Of a stretch of DNA of 64,000 bases, positions 41,596 through 48,881 are shown one piece after another. Below the pieces are notes generated by a model. It did not search any database. It saw only the letters and a program-made list of their open reading frames with translations, and was not told the DNA's origin. Every line of letters begins with the position of its first letter. The stretch's first letter is position 1. The DNA lies in the NCBI GenBank assembly GCA_963697035.1, contig CAVOMN010000004.1, positions 27,723-91,722 of the forward strand. The letters are read 5' to 3'. Position numbers and translations under genes: made by a program. The DNA comes from an uncultured Acidobacteriaceae bacterium (lineage in GTDB: Bacteria; Acidobacteriota; Terriglobia; Terriglobales; Acidobacteriaceae).

Positions 41596-41820
41596 TTATC
41601 CCTGCCTCGCGTCTTTCCGTCCGAGCTGAGATCCTTTGAGCGACTTCCCACACTCCAAACAAAATCGTTTCGAACGTGGCGTGATTAAACCACAAAACGG
41701 GCACATCCTTTGTGATGCGAAGTCTCGGCTATTCACGCCTAAACCCTTCCTCAGCAATCCGGTGATAAAGGCGGACGCGGTATGAACGCGTACCAGCAAC
41801 TTGCGCACGACTGATTCCAT
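41596..41820 (-). CDS. zinc-ribbon mini-protein (74 aa)
   Basis: CPFCG .. CLECG Cys pairs. Confidence 0.45.
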   Translation of the reverse strand: MESVVRKLLVRVHTASAFITGLLRKGLGVNSRDFASQRMCPFCGLITPRSKRFCLECGKSLKGSQLGRKDARQG

Positions 41821-41928
41821 GTCTGAACTTCCAATTTCCCTGGCCGCTCGAATCGGTGCTCAATGGCGTAAGATCACCAGATCAGCTCAAAGCCAAGGGC
41901 TAGGGTGACACATCAAACGCCAGCGATT

Positions 41929-41947
41929 CTGTGCAGGATTGCTCACA
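41929..41947. promoter_or_regulatory. motif copy 4: CTGTGCAGGATTGCTCACA
   Basis: Lies in the divergent intergenic region between the 74-aa zinc-ribbon gene and the SYLF gene. Confidence 0.45.
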
Positions 41948-42162
41948 TTGCCCTCAGTTTTCAGGTATCTCAGCAAACAGACAACTCTTCCCTCATGCGA
42001 CGGTAAAACGCGAGTGAGCAATTCAGACCAGCTATTCTTTCGAGCCTGAGTCATCATACCGTTTGAGATGAGCTCTTCCTCTCTCTTTCAGGTCCTCTGA
42101 ACTAAGTCAGCCCATCTGAAGTTTTCTTCTCTTAGTTTCTACAGCTCCGAAAGGACCAAAAT

Positions 42163-42879
42163 ATGAAAAAGACGATTTCGCTATTTGTGATGAGCTTTGT
42201 AGCCTTAGCTGGAACCTACGCGTTGGCAGGCTCGGCTCGGGAAGACACGGTGGCACGCCTGCAATCGTCCGTGGAGGTTCTGCACGCGATTATGGCAACG
42301 CCGGACAAAGGGATTCCGGAAGAAGTACTGAGCGATGCCAAATGCATCCTGGTGGTGCCAGATTTGATCAAGGGTGGCTTCATCCTTGGTGGCAAGCACG
42401 GACGTGGTGTGGCTACTTGCCGCACGGCCGCGGGCTGGAGTGCACCGGCGTTCGTTTCGGTTGGTGGTGGAAGTGCGGGATTCCAGATCGGGGTCGAAGG
42501 CGTGGACTTGGTCATGCTGGTGATGAACGATCAGGGATTTCAGCATCTGCTCTCCAGCAAATTCGAGCTCACTGGTGAAGGATCGGTTGCGGCGGGCCCG
42601 GTTGGCCGTCACGCGTCCGCGGGGACCGACTGGAAGATGAACACTGAAGTGCTGACCTACTCGCGCTCCAAGGGCGTGTTTGCTGGCGTTACCCTCGAAG
42701 GCGCAGTGGTGGAGCAGGACGACGACTCCACTCGCGCTATTTACGGCAAGCCTATGATGTTCCGCAGTATTCTTTCCGGCAAAGTGTCAACCCCGAGAAG
42801 TGCGGACGCATTCATGAAGGCCGTTTCAGATGCAGGTCAACAGGCGCGGATCGCAGACGCCACAGAAGACAAAAAGTAA
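42163..42879 (+). CDS. SYLF (DUF500/Ysc84-like) lipid-binding domain lipoprotein/secreted protein
   Basis: Signal peptide MKKTISLFVMSFVALAGTYALAG. SYLF pattern KCILVVPDLIKGGFILGGKHGRGV..FQIGVEGVDLVMLVMN..VLTYSRSKGVFAGVTLEGA. Confidence 0.85.
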   Translation: MKKTISLFVMSFVALAGTYALAGSAREDTVARLQSSVEVLHAIMATPDKGIPEEVLSDAKCILVVPDLIKGGFILGGKHGRGVATCRTAAGWSAPAFVSVGGGSAGFQIGVEGVDLVMLVMNDQGFQHLLSSKFELTGEGSVAAGPVGRHASAGTDWKMNTEVLTYSRSKGVFAGVTLEGAVVEQDDDSTRAIYGKPMMFRSILSGKVSTPRSADAFMKAVSDAGQQARIADATEDKK

Positions 42880-42915
42880 TTGCATCTAAGCTCTGCCGGC
42901 GAATTGGACTTGTAA

Positions 42916-42950
42916 CTGACCGGAACCGCGTACCGGCTCCGGTCAGTTTC
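42916..42950 (+). terminator. putative intrinsic terminator after the SYLF gene
   Basis: CTGACCGGA-(13 nt)-TCCGGTCAG hairpin followed by TTTC. Confidence 0.5.
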
Positions 42951-43009
42951 CCAACCTAGAATGACGGATCCTCGTTTCCGGCGCTATTGATCCTCCGAAA
43001 GGCGGCACA

Positions 43010-43879
43010 ATGAAAGCCAATTTGCGCAGATATCGTTGGGTACAGGTGGTAGCCTGCCTCAGTTTTTCGTCTATGCTGGCACTTGGCCAGTCCGCTGGTT
43101 TCGCCCAGAATCTGGAGGCATGTAAGGCTGGCCGCGAAGCCTGCGACCGCTCCAAGTTGAGCCCCTCGCAATCGGCCGAAGTGGCTCTCGCCAGCCACGC
43201 ACGCAACGTTTCAAGCTGTAGGAACAGCTACGATTCCTGTGATCGATCCAAACTCACTCCGCCGGAAGCGGTTGCGTTGGCCGTGGCCGATCACAAACGC
43301 AATGTCTCCGATTGTAACGACGGCGTGTGGACCTGCGACCGCTCCAAGCTGACCCCGTCCGAAGCCCGCGATTCGTCCGTCGCAGAGCGGCAGCGGAACA
43401 TCGGCGACTGCAAGGACGGGGTTGGGTCCTGTGATCACTCCAAACTGACACCGTCGGAAGCCGGAGAAGTGGACGCGGCGAGGCGTCAACTCAACGTCTC
43501 CGACTGTAAGCGCGGCACGGGCCTCTGCGACCATTCCGCTCTAACCACTTTGGAAGCGAGCGAAGTGAGTGCTGCTGAACACCAGCGCAATGCGCAAAAT
43601 TGCGAGAATGGCTGGGACGAATGCGACCACTCCAAACTCACTCCGGCGGAAGCAGGTCAAAGCGCCTACCTGGATCATCAGCGGAACCTCTCTGCTTGTG
43701 GGGACGGCGAGGAAACCTGTGATTACTCAAGACTGAGTGCGGCCGAAGCCGGCCGGCTGATGGTCGCGGAGCAAGGCCGCAATTACGCGGCATGTCGCGC
43801 CGGATACGGGTATTGTGATCGCTCCCGTTTGACGCCGGCGGAAGTCCAGTCGATTGCCGCGGAGCCCAAACCCCGGTGA
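43010..43879 (+). CDS. secreted Cys-rich protein built from eight 32-aa repeats
   Basis: Signal peptide MKANLRRYRWVQVVACLSFSSMLALGQSAGFAQ, then repeats of CxxGxxxCD[RH]SKLTPxEAxxxxxAxxxRNxxx. Confidence 0.75.
   Translation: MKANLRRYRWVQVVACLSFSSMLALGQSAGFAQNLEACKAGREACDRSKLSPSQSAEVALASHARNVSSCRNSYDSCDRSKLTPPEAVALAVADHKRNVSDCNDGVWTCDRSKLTPSEARDSSVAERQRNIGDCKDGVGSCDHSKLTPSEAGEVDAARRQLNVSDCKRGTGLCDHSALTTLEASEVSAAEHQRNAQNCENGWDECDHSKLTPAEAGQSAYLDHQRNLSACGDGEETCDYSRLSAAEAGRLMVAEQGRNYAACRAGYGYCDRSRLTPAEVQSIAAEPKPR
43121..43876 (+). repeat. 7.9 tandem 96-nt coding repeats (2 Cys per unit)
   Basis: Period of exactly 32 aa, read from the translation. Confidence 0.8.
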
Positions 43880-43906
43880 ATGCACGGGAACAATAGGGCG
43901 CAGATA

Positions 43907-44125
43907 TCAGGATCCGAGCGGAGAGCGCTGTGCCATTCTATTGGGCGAACCTACCGGTCCAGTAGCACTCCCATTTCTTTGTCCTCGCCCCACACCTTGG
44001 CGTATTGCGCTTTCCCGATTGCTCCAGGGCCGTTTGGCCCCATCTCGTAATATTATCTTTGCGTCCGGGGAAAACTTTTTCAACGCCTCCATGAGATCCT
44101 TAACTGTCCATTCCTTATTTGCCAT
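43907..44125 (-). CDS. small hypothetical protein, probably frameshifted (native stop about 43951)
   Basis: MANKEWTVKDLMEALKKFSPDAKII.. After KII the +1 frame reads YEMGPNGPGAIGKAQYAKVWGEDKEMGVLLDR-stop, which looks far more protein-like than the listed tail. Confidence 0.4.
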   Translation of the reverse strand: MANKEWTVKDLMEALKKFSPDAKIILRDGAKRPWSNRESAIRQGVGRGQRNGSATGPVGSPNRMAQRSPLGS

Positions 44126-44134
44126 ATTTCCTCA

Positions 44135-45010
44135 TTACGCGGCTAAGTTAGGCTCCGTGCGCCGCGTCGTTTCAGGTACTAATCTCCCTTTAGCTTCTAG
44201 CAGGAGTTCCGCATTGAATTGAGCGCCGATCAAGATCACGAACCCGGTCCAATAAAGCCAAATGCTGAATGCGAGCGCGACCCCGAAGCTGCCATAACCC
44301 TTGCTGTACGCGGAGAAGTCCTGGAAATAGATTCCGAGCAGACAGGAAAGTCCGATCCAGCCGCCTACCGCGATTAGTGCGCCTGGCAGCGTGCTCACGA
44401 ATCTGTGCTTCACATTCGGCGCAACGAAGTAGAGGAGCTCAACCGCGAGAACTGTGCATGCAAGTGCGACTGACCATCGAACATAGGACCAGAGGCGGAC
44501 CATTCGCACGGTTGCGTTGAACGGCGCGCTCAGGTTAGGGCCGACAAGCATCAGTCCAAGGGCAACGATGAGCAGACATCCAACCGAGAAAGTAAGACTT
44601 ATGGCGAGACTACGCGTCTTCCAATAGGGCCTCGTCTCAGATACGTCATAGGCAGTGTTCAGCGCATCGATCAACGCCGTAAACCCGCTCGACGCTGACC
44701 ACAGGGTGAACAGAATTCCGAAGGTCAGCAGACGGCTGTGTCTGGACAAAATCGTGTCCGTTATTAGGTTCCTGAACGGGCCCATGGTGGCGGCGGGGAC
44801 AACCCGTGCGATCAGCCCCATGACCTGGCTAAAGAAGTCCGGAAATGGCAGATGGGCGACGAGCGCGGAGAGGAGGATTAGAAAAGGAAACAGGGCGAGG
44901 ACAAAGTAGTACGCCAATGCCGCGGCAAAAGCCATGGTGTGGTTCTTTTCCATGTCTCGAACCACGTTGACCGTTGCGTTCTTGAAGTGGAGTAAGCGCA
45001 AGGGGATCAT
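44135..45010 (-). CDS. YihY/BrkB-family membrane protein
   Basis: ORF 44135..45193. Likely start is MIPLRLLHFKNATVNVVRD..AFAAALAYYFVLALFPFLILL, with multiple TM segments. Confidence 0.8.
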   Translation of the reverse strand: MIPLRLLHFKNATVNVVRDMEKNHTMAFAAALAYYFVLALFPFLILLSALVAHLPFPDFFSQVMGLIARVVPAATMGPFRNLITDTILSRHSRLLTFGILFTLWSASSGFTALIDALNTAYDVSETRPYWKTRSLAISLTFSVGCLLIVALGLMLVGPNLSAPFNATVRMVRLWSYVRWSVALACTVLAVELLYFVAPNVKHRFVSTLPGALIAVGGWIGLSCLLGIYFQDFSAYSKGYGSFGVALAFSIWLYWTGFVILIGAQFNAELLLEAKGRLVPETTRRTEPNLAA

Positions 45011-45279
45011 TGTGCAGCGCTGCTCGCCGCGGGCGGAACCGTCTCCACGGACTTCAACTTGTCCAAGCCAGTCAGTGGGCCTTGCTAGGGAACCTGGTCC
45101 TTCTTCGTCTCGCTGTCTCCGAGAGGCCTGAATTAACTGCAGGATGCATTCGCACAGCTCCGGCGAGGTCCGAGCTAACTTCCGCTCTGACAACTAAGCC
45201 AGGAACTGCCTCCGGTTATGATGGCAAACCGCTGCCTCCTTACGTCACTTACGAGATTCTCTCAATTGCTCCTGGATTC

Positions 45280-45298
45280 CTGTGCAGAATTGCTCACT
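45280..45298. promoter_or_regulatory. motif copy 5: CTGTGCAGAATTGCTCACT
   Basis: Lies in the divergent intergenic region between the YihY gene and Crp/Fnr paralog 3, 92 nt upstream of the latter. Confidence 0.45.
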
Positions 45299-45389
45299 GC
45301 ATGAAGAAGTGTGCCTCCTCGCCGAGATGACCGCCGTCCAGAAGGGGTAAAATTGAGACGTCGTTGTTCAGGCAGAAGGAGGTGCGCCT

Positions 45390-46151
45390 ATGTCTCCTAA
45401 TCGCCAAACCAACGGTACTCCCCCCAGAAGGAAAGTCGCCCGCCCAACCCTGATCGTCCCGGCATTCCAACCAGAGCGTAATGCCATAAGTCCAGGTGTA
45501 GTAGCCAAGAGAAGGCACGCTTTCGATCCCCATGAATTCCTCGCGACCATCGGCGAGGACAGGAAATCTGTGCTTTTCCAGAGGAAGCACGGAATCTTTG
45601 CACAAGGGGATACCGCGGATGCTGTGTTTTATATCCAGACGGGCAACGTGAAACTCACCGTGGTCTCGAAAACTGGCAAGGAAGCAACCATCGGCATACT
45701 AAGTGACGGAGATTTTTTCGGCGAAGGTTTGCTTGCGGGCCAAGCGCTCCGCATGCACTCGGCAACCGCAATGACGGATTGCGCTGTACTGCGAATCGAC
45801 AAGCTTGCCCTGATGGAAGCCCTTCATCGAGAACACGAATTTTCTGACCTATTCGTGGCCTATTTGTTGTCGCGGAACATCCGTTACGAAGAAGATCTGG
45901 TTGATCAGCTTTTCAATTCGAGCGAAAAGAGGCTGGCCCGTATCCTTTTACTGCTCGCTCATTTTGGCAAGGAAGGCAAACCGGAGAGTGTAGTTCCCAA
46001 GATCAGTCAGGAAGTCCTGGCGGAAATGATCGGCACAACCCGCTCGCGGGTCAGCTTCTTCATGAACCGGTTCAGGAAATTGGGATTTATTCAATACAAT
46101 GGCAAGTTGCAAGTCCATAGCTCGCTGCTTAACGTCGTTCTGCACGACTAG
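45390..46151 (+). CDS. Crp/Fnr-family transcriptional regulator (paralog 3)
   Basis: AAGGAGG SD 7 nt upstream. Same cNMP and HTH motifs as paralogs 1 and 2, with a longer N-terminal extension. Confidence 0.85.
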   Translation: MSPNRQTNGTPPRRKVARPTLIVPAFQPERNAISPGVVAKRRHAFDPHEFLATIGEDRKSVLFQRKHGIFAQGDTADAVFYIQTGNVKLTVVSKTGKEATIGILSDGDFFGEGLLAGQALRMHSATAMTDCAVLRIDKLALMEALHREHEFSDLFVAYLLSRNIRYEEDLVDQLFNSSEKRLARILLLLAHFGKEGKPESVVPKISQEVLAEMIGTTRSRVSFFMNRFRKLGFIQYNGKLQVHSSLLNVVLHD

Positions 46152-46488
46152 AGCACCGAAAGGTTGCAGACGCGAGGCCTTCCCCAATGTGGAGTTTTGC
46201 CGTCCGCGGGATCAGTCTTGCAGGCCCTTGCACATTGGGATCAATGCGGCAAGCGTCTGCCATGGCACAGACCACGGCACGCGAGGTCTCCTGATGAAGA
46301 AAAGGGCATCTCTGAAGGCTCAGGATGCCCCAAACCATAAATTGGGAGAACACCTTTAGTGATAATCGTCACGATCATGTAGTTTCAAGCAGCTCTCCTG
46401 TACGAATTCGGACTCCATCACTTGCTCAACATTCGTACCAAGATGTTTTGTCGCCCATCGCATCAGGTCCCTGGCGAGGCGCATCATC

Positions 46489-47824
46489 TCAATGTGCCGT
46501 ACCACCCGCAACCATCGGCGATGATGACGGCGCCGGCACCGCGGACTTCAACAAGTCCACGTTAGTCAACACCCTCTCCCACAGAACCTGGTCTTTTTTC
46601 GTCTCGATCGGCACCGAGAGGTCGGAATAGAACTGCAGAACGTTCTCACGCAGCTCCGGAGACATCCGATCGAACTTCCGCTCTGACAACTGAGCTAGTA
46701 ACCTCGCATAGGCATCGTCCGTCAGCGTGTACTCCGCTGCCTTAGTTGCGTGGCCGCTATCCAGATCGCAGTTGGGTAGCTTCAGCGTCTCAGTGCGCAC
46801 CTCTTCAAGAAACGCGCGGTATTGATCGACGGTCGTATTGATGCTCTTGATGTAGAGGTCTTCGGTTTGCGGAGTCGGGTTATTGAACGCCAGCTTCTTG
46901 AACGGACCGATTTTTGGCATGTACCGCAGCAGTGTTGACAAGATGCGAGTGCCCATGCCCGGCTTCACGTAATCCTTGCCCCATTGCTTTTCGTAGTCAG
47001 AGCGCGAAAGACGGTATAGAAATTTCCGTTTCGCGAAATTTGGGGTTTCGCGCATCAGGTCTTTCTTGTGAGTCTGCAGCGCGACTTCGGTCATCTGCGG
47101 AATCAGCCGGCTGACCGCGAAACGATACGAACCCACCGCCAGATCCTCGTGGGTAAGCACGTCCTTCAGTTCCACGCCATACACAACGGGAAAGACCCGC
47201 TCCAGCAGTGGTTTGGACACTTGAAATCCGATGAAATCGTGGTACTGCTGTGACGCATAACGATTCTTCGCGACCTGCACGGTGTCAAACCCGAACTCCG
47301 TTTTCAGGTGCGCCGTCTTGTCCTGGGCATAGCGGACTGACTTGCCCAAACTTCGCTCGCAGCTTGGGATACTCGATTGCGACGGCCTGGTTAACTGCGG
47401 GGTGCCCGGCGATGTCCGACGCATAGTGCGACAGCGCCCCCAGCGCGAAAGCGTACTCGTTAGCGTCCTGGCTTTCGAGCAGCAACTCGCGGACAAAGTC
47501 TCCGCTGCGGACGTAATGCACCAGGTCACTGAATTCCCTGCTGCCGAACGGGTAGTAGCCGAGATCCTGGATGACTGCGCCTCCGTAGGCATAGGCATGC
47601 GCCTCTCTGATCTGGTCTTCCGAAAGTCCCGGATAGCGTTTGAGCAGGAGCGGCTGGATCTCGTCGGTCCAGAGCAGGTCCACGATTTCCTCATGCGTCA
47701 GAACGGAGTAGGCGGACGAGCCGCCGCTGCACATCAGTGCGACGAGAAGAAGCGCTGCCGCACGGACAGAAAGCGGGCGCCAACCTTTGCCCATGGCGCC
47801 TGGCGATGTCAATGGCTGGCGCAT
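46489..47824 (-). pseudogene. zinc-dependent phospholipase C-like secreted protein, one frameshift near 47.3 kb
   Basis: N-terminal 47285..47824 (signal peptide, YSVLTHEEIVDLLW, HYASDIAGHPAVN). Body in the frame of 46489..47694. Family call is tentative. Confidence 0.55.
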
Positions 47825-47827
47825 GGC

Positions 47828-47983
47828 TCAGATCCGACCGAGAACCAGGAGAATGACAACGATCAACAGGACCAGTCCTACTCCTCCGGTCGGGGCATAG
47901 CCCCAGTCCCGGCTATGCGACCACCGTGGCAGCGCACCAAAGAGTGCGAAAACCAAAATCACAATCAAGATAGTTCCAAGCAT
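47828..47983 (-). CDS. DUF3309-like small membrane protein (51 aa)
   Basis: Hand-translated: MLGTILIVILVFALFGALPRWSHSRDWGYAPTGGVGLVLLIVVILLVLGRI. AAGGAG SD. Its stop lies 3 nt before the next gene start. Confidence 0.6.
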   Translation of the reverse strand: MLGTILIVILVFALFGALPRWSHSRDWGYAPTGGVGLVLLIVVILLVLGRI

Positions 47984-48061
47984 GTTGTCACTCCTTCATT
48001 CCGTGATTCAGGAATATTGGCTATCTGGTGCAGCCTCCTTCGAGGCTGCACCGGGTGACCG

Positions 48062-48841
48062 CTACATCGAGATGCTGATCGCAATTCCGACGTTGGGATA
48101 CCGGCGGTCGTACAGGTAGTAGCCGTTGTCGACGTAGGCGACATAGACGTCGTCATTGTCGTACCAGTCATTGCCCCAGTATTCCGGCCAGGGATCAACG
48201 AGACTGATCCAATAGCCCTGGTACTGGAAGCGCGGATATCCGCCAACAACCAGGAAGGGCAGGCCGTAGATTCGGAACCCATGGCTCGGCCCAAAGTATC
48301 CACGGAAACGGTCGTCAGGAATGCGGTAGCCGTTGTAGCCGCCGCGTTGTTGCCAGGTGCGGTGGTCGGACTCCCAGCTTCGTGCGCCGATGCTGCTGCC
48401 AGGCTCTGTTGACTGCTGCTGCGCAGCGTTGTGTGCTCATTGCCCTGCTGCTGCTGGGCGTGCTGTTGCTGTTTGTTCTGGTCTTGCTGCTGTTGCTGCT
48501 GGGCATGCTGTTGCTGCTTGTTCTGGTCCTGCTTCTGCTGCTGCTGGGCATGCTGTTGCTGCTTGTTCTGGTCCTGCTTGCTGCTTGTTGCTGAGCATGC
48601 TGTTGCTGCTTGTTCTGGTCTTGCTGCTGCTGTTGCTGAGCATGCTGCTGCTGCTGTTCTGGTCTGACTGCCGTTGCTGTTGAGCATGCCGGCGTCGGGC
48701 TTGGCTTGCTCGTGCTTGCTCTGCTGCTGTTCGGGATGGTCTTGCTTTTCGCCCTGCTGCTCCTGCTGTGCGTAAGCCGGAGCAGGCGATTCCGAGAATC
48801 AAAGACAGAACGGCTGTGCTGATGATTCCAATCGCTTTCAT
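48062..48841 (-). pseudogene. secreted Gln-rich repeat protein with Tyr/Trp/Gly-rich C-terminal domain, reading frame broken several times
   Basis: GGAGG SD plus signal peptide MKAIGIISTAVLSLILGIA. QDQNKQQQHAQQQQ repeats in a second frame. C-terminus WQQRGGYNGYRIPDDRFRGYFGPSHGFRIYGLPFLVVGGYPRFQYQGYWISLVDPWPEYWGNDWYDNDDVYVAYVDNGYYLYDRRYPNVGIAISISM in a third frame. Confidence 0.5.
48445..48690. repeat. about 5 imperfect tandem copies of a roughly 45-nt CAG/CTG-rich unit
   Basis: Units of ctgctgggcatgctgttgctgcttgttctggtcctgct.. whose lengths are not all multiples of 3. Confidence 0.7.
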
Positions 48842-48881
48842 AAGTGTTACCTCCATTACTGACTGGTTACTTGTGCTTGCT

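Noticed and set aside
43121-43876. 96-nt periodic repeats as a possible non-coding array
   Set aside because: There is a single long open frame with a signal peptide. Conservation is at the amino-acid level (Cys, DxSKLTP, RN) with synonymous drift between units.
46356-46487. 43-aa ORF (MMRLARDLMRWATKHLGTNVEQVMESEFVQESCLKLHDRDDYH) starting 1 nt after the phospholipase-C-like stop
   Set aside because: There is no RBS and no recognisable motif, and it is too short to judge. It may be the displaced C-terminus of the frameshifted upstream gene.
48445-48690. Tandem ~45-nt repeats that could be mistaken for a CRISPR array
   Set aside because: The units are contiguous with no unique spacers. They are CAG/CTG-rich, and they lie within a gene that has a signal peptide and a C-terminal domain. 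This is a coding Gln-rich repeat.
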